Assembly (NCBI GenBank): GCA_051294375.1
Contig: CM119263.1
Location: 20,736,115-20,800,114 of the forward strand
Reading direction: 5' to 3'
Source: Paraspadella gotoi
Taxonomy: Eukaryota > Animalia > Chaetognatha
DNA: 64,000 nt
Of this stretch, positions 1-13,600 are shown one piece after another. How positions within the stretch are numbered: position 1 is the first letter of the stretch; every line of letters starts with the position of its first letter. Under the pieces are notes generated by a model that was given only the letters and a program-made list of their open reading frames with translations, ran no database searches and was not told the origin of the DNA. Position numbers and translations under genes: made by a program.

Positions 1-529
1 AGTCGCCAAGTGAAGGCTTTGAAGGAAGAGTCTGGCGGACAAAAAAACATACATAAAAACAAGAAAAAACAAAACGTCAATCATCGTCTCAGTTTGGCCC
101 AATTAACAAACGACAAATCATAGAAAACGCAGACTCGGATTTGTTTGTATTTATTTTTAAATTCATCTTTTTTTGCCTTTTTTATTTTACTATTTTTTCA
201 GGAGGGCAGACGGCGGGAAATAGAGGGAATGTAGCGATGAAAAGATTCTCAAACAAATAAAATTAGGAAATTTTATCTTCTCTGGAGGAAGATTTGCGAA
301 ATAAAAAAAAAAGGGAAAAAAGTTTTAACTTTAAAAAAAGTAAAACAGAAATGAGTTTTAAAAAAAATTAGCTTCCGACAAAATCTTTATCTTTTCTATT
401 TTTACTCTGATTCTCACTTTCTTGAATTGACTTTTGATTCAATTGAATTGTTCGATTGTTTTATGAATTTCCATTTTTGAATTGTTTAAATCTGTGGCTT
501 AAGGTTATTGTAATTAAATTTTTTCTCAG

Positions 530-2815
530 TGCATGGTCGGATGGGCGGGCAACGGGTTCGTCTGCGGACGCGACACGGACTTGGACGGATTCCCGGACAA
601 GAGACTAAAGTGTTCGGACGCGACCTGCTTCGCGGTAAGTGAGGATACCAATTTATGATCAGGTCTATTAAATATCAGCCAAGAATAATTACCTCGCAAA
701 AACGTGGCAAAGAAATGGATGCACTAAAGTCGACGACATTTTTTCGATGTCTTGATGACTTAAGGAAGTAAGAAATTCGAGACGAAAGTTTGCGAGATTA
801 TACTTTGCCTTTGGTCTTCCCAATGTTACTCAATAAAAAACGATAACAAATTTTTTTTTAGATGTAATGTATTCTGAGAGAATAATAGCTGCAGCTTATA
901 GCTTCCGGTCTGTGTGTATTCAGCTGCTTTTCCTTTCTCCTTCGCCCAAACATTCGATGTTATTTTTTGAATGGTGGTGTACCATTTCATCGACATCTTT
1001 TTCTATTGTTGTACATATTTTTTAGTTTTGAAATTTCTATATTTTGACCTTTAAGCTTAGCATCAATTTTGTCCGACAATCTGGCACTACTCACTTCGTC
1101 CTCTTGTCCCCCTTTTCAGGACAATTGCCCGGTTGTGCCCAACTCGGGACAAGAAGATGCGGATCGAGATGGAATCGGTGACTCGTGCGACGACGATGCT
1201 GATAACGACGGAATCGTTAACGATCCGGTCAGGCGGACACTCATGTAGAATGTTGGTGATGGAGAATGTGGAAATTGAAGCCATGGGTTTCCTAATGTAG
1301 AAATTGTAATATGTTTACTGTAAAATGAAACAAAAAGGGAAAATTAAAACCAAAATAAACAAACGGAGTAACTAGCCCCATTTTTTCCAGGACAACTGCC
1401 CGCTCGTCTCCAACGTGAACCAAGAGGATTCCGAGGCGGACGGGCCCGACGAACGAGGCGACGCCTGTGACAATTGCCCGACAATTCCGAACCCGGATCA
1501 GACCGACACCGACGCCGACCGACTAGGCGACAGCTGCGATCCCGACGCCGACGACGACGGTGAGAGATAGATCAAGTTTTTCGGGCGAATTTCATTCGGA
1601 TTCACAATTACTGTGACTTGTCATTCGGTTGTTGAATGGACATTTAGTTGTTATTCTGTTGTCATTTAGTTGTCCTTTCGGTTATTGTCATTCAGTTTTC
1701 TTTGAAATTTCTTCATTCTTGTCATTCTTGTCAATCCGTTGTCCATCAGATATTATTAATTGTCCTTCGTTTGTTATTCAGTTCTCGTATAATCTCCGCC
1801 CCTCAAACCTCCAGGCGTCGTGAACGAGAACGACAACTGTCCTCTGGTGCCGAATTCCGATCAACTGGATTCGGACGGAGATCTCATCGGCAACGCCTGT
1901 GACAATTGTCCCTTCACCGTCAATGTCGATCAGGTGAGAAAGAAGATGTGTGAGATGAAGACGATGACTTCGATTGTTTGATTGAAAGATTAAATGTTTA
2001 ATTTAAATATTTAAATGATTGATTGAACCGATAAATAAATTGATTGATTGATTGATTGATTTGACAGATTGATTAATTGATCTATAGATAAATATATGTT
2101 GTTTAATCGATTGATAAATTTTTGGGTTGATTTATTAAGTTATTGAATGATTAAATGTTTTAGTGATTTATTGATTGATTGGTTGATTTATTGATTGATT
2201 GATTGATCTATAGATATTTCTTGATTCTGTTTTTGGCGTTGCTGGTGTTGTAGTATTTAGGCCGGATGTAGGTTACAACACTCCGTATCACTACGTCCAC
2301 CCTCAATCCAGACCACCCCCTTCCACTTCCCCCCTCTTACCACCCTCCCCTTTTTTTTACAGATCGACACTGACAACGATCTGGTGGGCGACTCGTGCGA
2401 CACCAACATCGACAGAGACAGAGACGGAGTCCAGGACGACATCGACAATTGCCCGGACTCGCCCAACGGAGAGCAGGTCGACTCGGACAGGGACGGACGC
2501 GGCGACGTTTGCGACGACGACGACGACGACGACGGAATTCGCGACGACGACGACAACTGCGATCTCATCGCGAATCCTGCGCAGTTGGATAATGATGGTG
2601 AGGAATTGGGGGACGGGAGAAGGAGAGGGGGAGGACGAAGTTGAGAATAGAAAGAGGGAAAGGAAGATAAAAGATAGAAAATTTAGGAAAGAAATAAAAA
2701 AAGTCACAGAAGAAAAGAGAACTGAGTATAAAAAGAAGAAAGAAAAAAATAAAAAACAAAAACAAGAAAAAAAAGAAACAAAAAAAATAGAAAAAAAGAA
2801 AGAGAGAAACAAAAT

Positions 2816-2859
<44 letters not shown>

Positions 2860-4666
2860 TAACAAACAATTAAGGAACATTTCTGACGTATGTGATATTC
2901 ACATTACACAATACACATTACAATTACACATTACACAATACACAATGTAACATGAGCTTATACGAACCCTGATCATTCAATGATCATTCAATGATCATTC
3001 AATGATCATTCAATGATCAGTGATCATTGATCAATGATCATTCCCGCCTCCACCTAATAGGCGACGGAATCGGCGATCGTTGCGACGTCGACAATGACGG
3101 CGACGGAATCAACGACGACGAAGACGTTTGTCCGGACAACGGACTCGTCAAGGCTACCGACTTCCGGTCTTACCAAACGGTGGTGCTTGATCCCGAGGGA
3201 GAGTCGCAGATCGATCCTAATTGGGTCATCCTCAATCAGGTCTGCTGCCATCGGGTTTAGTTATATGTAGAATCTGTAGATGGTCGCCACCGTCACTCAA
3301 TTTTCAATCCGACTCTCTCTTAGCCTCACATTTTTTTATAAAAAACTTTTAAAAATCTTTTTCTAAAATCTATGCCAGATGTAAATTGTAATAGAACAAA
3401 CAAATTTAAAGATTTATTGTAGAAATAAAAAAAGAATAATAAAAGAAATTAAAAGTAACATCTTATAATTTTTACAAGCGGTGATTCTAAAAAAAATATT
3501 CTATTTTTATTTTTATCGAGCCTCCCGGCGAAGCCGGTTCAGGCTTGATATTGATTCGGGTGAGCTTCTTCTTCGTCGGCATCGTCGTCGTTGTCGTCGG
3601 CGTCACGCATTTTTATATAAAAACTACTACGCTTTTATAGTTTTGGCTGGGACTTACCGTTTTTTTAAAATAAAAATTACTATAAATTACAATGAAGTTT
3701 TATAAAAGTGTGCGATCATAGTAAGTTAAAAATTTAGATATGGCTTCTCATCTTAAAATAGCTCTAAAATTTTTATATTACATTTGGATTCAAGTATTTT
3801 TTTGTTTGAATTTCCACTTCATTATGATTTACTGCAATATGCAAATGAGATTATAGTACTCATTATAGTATCCAAATTAGTATATAGAAATATAGAAAAA
3901 ATCTTTGAATCAATGAAAAACATGTGAAATCAAAAGTCCTTTTTAATGAGAAGCTATATCTTAATTTTGATACAAATAAAAATAAAATCTTTTACAAGCT
4001 ATGATTTGAAAAAATTTTAAAAATTTCCAATTGTAAACAATTGTAACATTTTTTTGCCTTTCTTTTATTTCTTTAAATTATATATAAATTTTTCTTCTTA
4101 TTTTTATCAGTTTTTTGAACGTTCTTGAACGTTATATTTTATAGTGTCTTATGAATTAGTTCATAACATTTTATTTATGTGTCCATTTAAACGTTAGTGT
4201 CTTTTGTTTCTGTTCATATTTAATAGTTTAGTTTTTACTTGCCTACTGTTTTCTAGTTTTTTACACTGATACTGTTTTTGATTTTGTCAATACTGTTTTT
4301 GGTAATAAAAAAATATATATATTTTTATCAGTTGCTGCCTTTTCTGAACCCTTTAAAAACGAGTTCAGGCTCTGCAGTGACTGTTCAGCTGCCTTCCAGC
4401 GGCTGTCAAGCTTTCTCTCTCTCTCTCTCTTTCTGACTCTGTCTCTGTCTGTCTCTCTCTTTTTCTTTCTGTCTCTCTCTCTGTCTCTCTCTATCTCTCT
4501 GTACGATCTTTTGCGTGATCGTTTTTTGAAAAATTTTGATTATTTTTTTCCTTTTAAAAACTTTTATTATCGCCATTTATTCCGCGCTTTTTTCTCAATG
4601 CAAAATCCCAAATTTACATCCGAGATTTTCGTGGATTTATTCTCTTTCTTTCTCTCTCTCTTTCTT

Positions 4667-4698
<32 letters not shown>

Positions 4699-7600
4699 AC
4701 TCATACACGAATTTGTTTGTTTTATTTATGATGAATGATTCATTGCGTCAATGAATGACTATCATCGCATCAATGTATGACTATCATCGTATCAATGAAT
4801 TATTATTTTGATGATTTTACCGTAACGCCGTGAGCGAGCTAGTGTTTTCTGACTTGCTATTTATTTATAAAGATTCGAAGAATGTAAATTTAGTAATATT
4901 TATTGTAGTAGACATAACATGAGCGTGAGACGTGAAGCAAGTAGAAGGGAGACTATTTCTAAAGATACAAAAAAAAAGAACCTATTAAAAATAGTCAACT
5001 TTAAGCTTAACCATAAAATTACAAAATATCATTTTAAATGCTTACCGACTGTCACGAATCATTGGTAACTTATCCTCTTAGTTTTAGGTAAGCACATCTC
5101 TTTTATATCTTTGGTTAATGTACAATCATAAGGACTAACCAATCAGAGAGCGACTTTTAAAATACTTGATCAATCAGATACTTCGTAAGCAACAAAAATA
5201 CGAATTCAATAATAAAAAGGGCATCAAACAACCGAGAGACTATCTCGTAACAAATAAAAATTTAACAATCCCCCATCTATCGACAGATATAAAAATTAAA
5301 TTTTTATAGATAGAGGGTTACTTTTAAATATTATGTACATCTTCAAAATGATAACTAAATATCATAAAACAATTTTAAATCAACAGTAAGATAGCATGCA
5401 AGTAAGGTAACTACTTTTAAATCATAAGACAAAATTTGTATAAAATTAGGAACCAAATTTTTTTTTTTTTTTTAAGAGTGGATAGCGTCGTCTTTAATGG
5501 CAGAAGGATCAGGTTACCCCCATCGTCAAAAAGAACAGCGGCATGTAGTATGAGACAGGAAAAGTAATAAGGATAAGTCCTACCATATCTTGCATGGGCC
5601 ATGATCTTTTTACTGGATAAATGCACCAAGTAAATATGGCAAGCCTTTTCGAGAGTTTTTCCCAGGTGGAAGATTTGCTTGATGGACCATTTAGATTGCT
5701 GGATTCCTTGATATTTGTAAAGACCTGAATCGCAAAGCAATCAAGTGAATAGGCGTAAGATTGAGCTGCAGAAGCATTCTCAATAGGCCATTCAGTCTTT
5801 TCATGTAATAGATAATCTGGTCCATTGTGGTAAAACTGCCAGACTTTCTGATCATCAACAGCAAAGCTTTGTGAAAAAAGATCAACTGGGCTTTCTTTTG
5901 TAGGAAATAGACAAGCTAAAAATTGTATGGCATGAAAAATGGACATGAAAAATGAAACTTTAATATTTCCATTATCTTTTAATCTTTCATATGCAGCAAC
6001 CCTATAACTTTCCATAGATGCATCACTAGACATGTGCAATTCTTTGGAGATGATTTCTTTCATGTCTTTGGAGGAGAGTTCCTCAAGATGGAATAATGAT
6101 TTTTCAATCTGCTTGGTTTCTTCCTCTGAGATTATATCATCCCTTCCCATTTTATTTGCACAAAAAATTTGAACTTGTGGTCTAGCAATGAGTATGAAGG
6201 GTGCTGTGAAGCTTAATGGATCAAAAGTGGAAGCTGTTGAACAAACGGCTTTTCTTCTGGTTATAATGTTTTCCCCCATCTTTAAAATGCTTATTTTAAA
6301 CCCAAAACAACCAGTCATAACATCAGAAATTATACTCCAAGCTTTTTCAGATGGATTTCTTCCAAATCAAAAAACTTTGGGTTTACTTTGGTCATTTTAT
6401 ATGGGATTTGAACAAGGGAAACACAACTTTCCTTCAACCAAGTTTCTACTTGATCCGAAACATTAATTCTTGATTTCCATGTCGTTCTTAAGAACAGACT
6501 GGACCTTTCTTAATCTTTCAAGTGCCATTTCAGCATGGGCATCTGGGGTCTAAGACCTCAGCAGCTTTTGTCCGACTCTCCTTCCAAGGTAATGCAACTT
6601 GATAATGCCCATTAACAAATTTTACAGAGTCCTTTAAAACTCCAAGAGCTTTTTTATCGTTCTTTGACTCACGATTCTTATCATCAGATGGGTCATTAAA
6701 TTCATGATGGAAAAGGTTATCCAACTTTGGTAACAAATTTTTATTGTTAATTAATAGCATCACACTCAAACTGAGAGCAGGTTGAAGAGTTTCCTCCAAA
6801 TATCGTCCACCCCATCGTGTTCGAACCGCACATGGTGCATTCTGAGGGCCTCTACGCATAGAAAAGGCATCAGGTACAAGAGAGTTGGCAAGATCCATAC
6901 CTATTAATACATCAATTTTAAGAGGACCGCCTGTTTCATGTAAGGTTATATTCTTCAAATGAGGAAAATTTTGTAACTTGTCTGAAGTGGGGAATGAGAC
7001 ATTTCCATTTGAAAGGCTCTGAGCTATGACAACAGACTTGTGTTCGACCTTAAAGTCATCATCTAAGGAGTTTAAAGTTAGAGGGACTGTGGAACGTAGC
7101 TCAGTTCTGGTAGTATCAAGAGTTGACACTGTTAACCATGCTTTTTGTCTGGGTAGATTTAATCTTTGATAGTTCTGTGGAACAACATGTTCTTGTACTA
7201 CCCGTATCTAATAATGCATAAACATATGCACCTTTGTTCTTGTAATTCACTAGAATGGCGACTATAGGTCGATAAAGTACACCACCATCATTTGTAGCAA
7301 GAACCTGTGCAGATGTTAATCTGTACTTGTGGATGGCGATGGCATTGAACTTGTTTGTTTCACATTGGTTATGGAATCATCAGCGCTTTGAGTTTCTTTT
7401 GTTTGCCGATGAAGCAAAGAATGGTGGTTTTTAGAGTTACACGTTTACAGCATAACTTTGTGATCTTGCAGTCAGAAATTTTATGTTTATTCAAACACCG
7501 AAAGCATAAACGATTATTCTTAGCATACTCAAATCTTTGTACTTGGTCCCATTTAAAAAATGTAGGACAACCAGACAAATAATGTTTACTAGTGCACAAA

Positions 7601-10600
7601 GGGCATGTTAAAACTTTTACTTGGTCATTAAAATTTTTTTAGCACTAGATTTCTTTTCATCAGCCGAGCCATTACTCCAAGAATCCTCATTTGTATGATT
7701 GGAGCTACTAGAGTATTGCAAAGTCATGGAAGTGTTAGCAGCTGCCACTTTAATAACATCTTTTGGAGGAAAACTTGGACGAGCATATGGAGACTCCAGC
7801 TGTTTGACTTGATCATCCAGAAAGTATAAGAAATTGCGTCAAATGTTCCTTTTGCTTTTGATAAACGGTCAACTTGTGATGAGAAGTATTGCCATTTATC
7901 ACGTAGAAATGGAATGCGCTTATCAATCAAATTGTTTACAAGATCGATGTTAGAAAAACCTTCATAATCCCCAGACATGAGAGCAGTGTTTTTAGCCTCT
8001 TCAAGGCTCCATAACAGGTTTCTAAGACCAACAAGATCGCCTTTACTTAAAGTAGTCTTGTTTTATAATATCACGTAATCTTTCAGCAGCAGTATGTTGC
8101 CTATAACCCCAGTGATGAACTAACTTTTGTTTAGCATAAGCTAAAGCTTTGGTGCCATCCAGTTCATTTTCAAATTGCTTAATGGAATTATGAGCCTCAC
8201 CAGTCGTCCATTTCAACAACTCAAATACTTTTCACGATCATCTACCCCAGGAAGTCGTTCTACATCAATTATAAACCGAGATAGGAATGACGCTAAACTA
8301 TAGCTGTCACTTCCACCTCTTATCTTCCTTAGGCCGCGCTCGCTCCAGCTTAGCCGAATATGCCAGAATAATGCTGGGATCAAGGGCTTGAGTAGGAGCT
8401 GAAAAACATGAAGGTGGAAGCATCATTGGCTTAAATTGATTGCTTTGATTTGGTTGGGATGGAACCTGAGGAGTGGATGGGAATCCAGAATTCCAGATGC
8501 TGTTGGCGGGCAAGTGGTGATCTCAATTGGTTGGGTTTAAATAATGCATGAGGAACCGAGTCTTAGTGCTAAAGCTTGGGTTTAAATTCGTGCTTTTATA
8601 TGGATTAAATGAGGGAGCTTCATGATTTAAAGTAGAAGCTTCAGGCAAATGAACCAAGTCATTGCCCTTTGCCCTCTCTTGTTTATTCATATCATTCCAA
8701 TGTGTAACCTTGTCAAAGGCAGAAGGAGTCTTTGGTAAACCGGGTGTGTTAGGAATGGAGGCATCATCTTGTAAAATTTGGATATCGTCATTTAATTTAC
8801 TTAATCAGCCTTTTCGATCATCCTTTCCCTTTCCCTCTTTTTCTCATTGTCTTCCCTTGGTTTTTTTAATTTTAAGGCTAAATTGTTTAATTCCACTTGC
8901 TTCTCCTCCCATTCCCTTTGCTTCTCTTCCCATTCCTTTTGCAGTTTCCTTTTGGCTTCTTCCAATTCTAATGCATTTTCCCTTCTTCCCTTTCTTTTTG
9001 ATCGCTACGATCCTTTTCATTAATTTTATATCCTGATTTTTATATTTTCTTTCCGTTCCTTTAATTTTAAACTCCTGACACTACATTTGGTTCCCTTTGA
9101 CGAAGCCCTTGAGCTTTGAGAATCTACCAGACATGGAAACGGACTTGGAGCATTAGGGAGCAAAAGATTGTTATTGGCAGGCGTATTTAATGACTTAAGT
9201 AACTCTTCCATTTGATCATGAAATGTGGATTCTTCTTTTTCGTTATTCCTGTAATGCTTTTGTATTCTCAGCTTCCCTTTCTTAGTCAAACCCTCACCCT
9301 TCAATTCTTTGTATGTTTCACTAGCCAGAGTATGCAATCTTTCATGAGCTTGTTTTGCAATATTAATACTTTCCTCCTTACATGAGGTTTGGGCAGCTTG
9401 CAACTTGTATTTAAATCGTGAAATGCTATGGATAATGGATGTTTTCTTTAATTTACCCGCCCTTGTGAGTTTGACGAGTTAGACATGATTTCAAAAATTC
9501 ATTAAACCAACAAGACACGAAACCGAGATATAAAAGCAAAGCCAACCCTTATAATAAGAGGAAAAGCAAACTTGTAATGGCATAAAGAAACAATGAAAGC
9601 GAGAGAGCCAGAACTAAAGAATTTCTTAGGAAAGAAAGTCATATAGAACCGATTATAAAAGAAGAACGCGTTTCGTTAAAGTTAAAGCGCAAATTCGATT
9701 CGCGGAAGAGAGTCTTTATTTTAAAATTATTTCGCGTTTACGAGATAAAAGACGCGCGCTGAAATCGTTTTAATTTTCGCATTTCGAATTATTACGAGAT
9801 TCGCGTAGTTTATTCTTTTTTTTTAAAATGCACTCGAATTTTTTCGATTTATTTTTAGAAGCAAATTCGTTTTTTCTTTTTCGCGAGTTTATTTAGTCTT
9901 ATTCTTACGCCGCCGCTTAGTTGAGTCAATCGCTGACCGATCGTGAAGGAACGCGCAACAGAGATTCAATGAGATTTGAGTTCCTTTTTTAAAGGGCGTT
10001 TATTAAAGTCCGAAGTCGAAATAGATTATTGAGGATTTTACCGTAACGCCGTGAGCGAGCTAGTGTTTTCTGACTTGCTATTTATTTATAAAGATTCGAA
10101 GAATGTAAATTAGTAATATTTATTGTAGTAGACATAACATGAGCGTGAGACGTGAAGCAAGTAGAAGGGAGACTATTTCTAAAGATACAAAAAAAAGAAC
10201 CTATTAAAAATAGTCAACTTTAAGCTTAACCATAAAATTACAAAATATCATTTTTAAATGCTTACCGACTGTCACGAATCATTGGTAACTTATCCTCTTA
10301 GTTTTAGGTAAGCACATCTTCTTTTATATCTTGGTTAATGTACAATCATAAGGACTAACCAATCAGAGAGTGACTTTTAAAATACTTGATCAATCAGATA
10401 CTTCGTAAGCAACAAAAATACGAATTCAATAATAAAAGGGCATCAAACAACCGAGAGACTATCTCGTAACAAATAAAAATTTAACAATTATCATCACATC
10501 AATGAATGACTATCATCGCATCAACCATTTGGTTATTATCACATCAATCATTTGGTTATTATCACATCGATCATTTGGTTATCATCGCATCAATTATTGG

Positions 10601-13600
10601 TTAATGGTTATCATCGCATCAATTATTGGTTAATGATTATCATCGCATCAACATTTGGTTATCATCGCATCAATCCTTTGGTTATCATCGCTTCAATATT
10701 TGGTTATCATTGAAGGGAGGCTCGATCCTATTCTTTTAAGATTTTTGTATTCGGTTATAGATTTAAATTCCGTGGTATTTTAAGAATCTTATTATTCATT
10801 AGATTTCAAATTAGGTGTTCTATTTTGCTTAATGTTAAAGTGAAAAAATAAGAACATTTTCCATTTTAAAAAATTTACATTTTAAATTCCATGTTCTACA
10901 ATCGGCAAAAAAATTTGATTTCCAGGGTGCGGAAATCGTTCAAACGATGAACAGCGACCCCGGACTGGCCGTTGGTAAGGACCCGCTATTCGATTTTAGA
11001 TATAGTTATAATTTTAATATTATAAACAAACAAACATGACGACGACTTTGATCGTTGGGAAATTATCTTATTGCCATTCAGGCATCCCCCCTACCTTTAT
11101 TTTGGCGCGCGATTTGATTTGTGACCATTTAAAAAAAAAACTATTAAGGTCATCAAGGTAGGCTTCGCTATGACAAATACAAGGGAAGATGTTCCTTTTG
11201 TAACCATATTGTTCTGCCTTAAAAGTCTCCACAATTCATTTAAAATCAAATGCAGTCGGATACCAAATACTACTGTACATATACACTAGGGCGTTTAAAA
11301 ATAACAAAATATAACAAATCTAATAAGGTACATAGCTATTTTAGTGTAATCAAGACTGTAGAAGTCGCGGTACACAGTCTCGTAAAAAATTTTATTCACG
11401 CTGTTCTCATGCATAATTCTTTATCTTGTGACCAAAATTTTTGCTCTGTCTGATTACTAACATATGCCTTATTCGAACTAACATAGGCTCTTTTTACCAT
11501 GACTGTTTTTCATCACTAAGATCGCAAAGATAATCAAAATTTGTAAAAAATCAGGCTAAAAGTAGCTTGAAACGGTGACAAAATTTCTTACCATCGTCAT
11601 TGTAATTGATCTGGGTTAAACTTGTTCATTAAAAAAAGTTATATTCAAACTCAATTTACTACTAGAGATCAAGATAGAGCCAAACTTTGTCAATGGGGTG
11701 GGTCAGAAGTTTGATTTGGGAACCTTCTCAAATGAAACTTCATACATTTCTGAGAAAACTTTCAATGAACCAAAATCATCTAAAATGGCTAGAAGCACTA
11801 GTAATTAATTTTTTAATACTTATTTATAGATATGATATTTTTTAAATTTTGTATTTTTAAAAGCAGATTTAGAAAGTATAATTCTTTTTTCAATATTTTG
11901 ATGATAAGGGGGTTAAAATTGGTAAAAACCTTAAAAAATCATCATCATCATCCGATGATTTTAGCAGTTTTTACTAATTTTTAGTAATAAAACATCAAAA
12001 TTTTAAAAAGTTGTAATTATATTTTTTGCTTAACTTTTTGAGCTCTATCAGAATCAACTAAAAAAACCTAAAATATTCACACAAAAAATTTGACATTATA
12101 TAGTAATATAATAGACATCGTTATTTCCCTTCGATTCATTGTGTTTGGATGATAGAAGACGTTTTAGATTTTTAGATTTTAGATCTTTGACACAGATGAA
12201 AGCTTGTATGACTAAAGCCAAAACATATCCGTCTTATAATAATAAAATCGTTGTTTAAACAATCTAAAAGTCTTCTAGCAATATAATAATATTAATTAGC
12301 GAATTACTCATGGTTCGGAACATTTTTGCAAAAAAATATTTTAACACAATAATTAATACCAATAATGGATTAGTTTAATGCTGTTCCCATTAAAATTGGA
12401 ATTTGGTCGGCTACCGCTAATCAAGAGCTATGTTTTTTATCTATTATTTTTTCATTTAAAGGAAATTTAAGGCATAACGGTCAACCAAATATCTCTAAAT
12501 CAGAATGACAAAACAATATTGCTTTTTTCTAGTTTTTGTATTCATTTTGTGGCTGTGACTTGTTTGGCGTTTTAAGAAAGATCTAAATAACATTTTTGGC
12601 AAAATCATCTTCTTAGAACTTATTATAAATTTTTATAAAAATATTTTAAAATTTAGTACACTAAAATAATTTTTATTTAATTAAAAAGTTGAATTAAATT
12701 TTCGAAAAAAAACATTTGTCTCATTGAGAATTATGAATAAGGAACTTGTGAAATAATTTTGCATTTTAAAAAAAATCAGATTTTTCCCAATCGATTTTAT
12801 CACAATCTGATGTTTTTATTTTTTGGATTTATTTATTTTTTATGCAAAATTATAATTCTCAGTGAGCATGGTCTGAAAATTTTTTTTTAATTTTTAATTT
12901 TTTCTTTATTTTTTTTTGTTTATGCTTTCCATAAGTATTCAAGAGAGATATGGAGGACAGTTTTTCTTATCTTATGTTATTGTGATAATTTGCTATTAAT
13001 TTTTATAAACCATTACTTTTAATAATAATACTGTAATGTTTTTTATATTAAAAAAAATTAAGTTTTCTTTCGTCCCTATAACATTGATAGAAATTATTTT
13101 TAATGAATCAAAGACTATAATTATAGCAATAATAATTATTATCAATATTAACAAAAGAAATGGAAAGAGGAATTTTGACATGTTTATGACATAACAAGGC
13201 TGAGTAAGTGAGTAAAAGTTCTGAAATTGATGCAAAAACAAAAAGAAAGCGACAGAGAGAGTGAGGCAAAGAGTGAGGCAAAGAGTGAGAGCAAGAGAGC
13301 CAAAGCAAAAGTGAGAGAGAGAATTCTGATTGTTGTTTAAGATGCGAAGGTTGCACATTTGAGGCTATCACAAATATTTTTTTTTCGTAACCAGGAGACA
13401 TCAGAAAAGAAAGATATTGAATGTGACTAAAAAGTGAAAGCGCGGCACTGGTTATTGGTTAAGGAAGAAAGAGAGAGAGACTGAAAGAGAGTCAGCAACT
13501 GTATGTACAACAAAGTGAGCAACGGTAATGAACATGGTAATGTACATGGTGACAATTTTACAAGCGCCGGTAAAAAAACGCTGTCATTTGAAAACCCATG

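Noticed and set aside
2257-2873. Antisense and low-complexity ORFs (SLSL/ERER/F-rich), also at 45760, 50097, 52495 and 56155
   Set aside because: They derive from microsatellites, polypurine tracts or the opposite strand of real exons.
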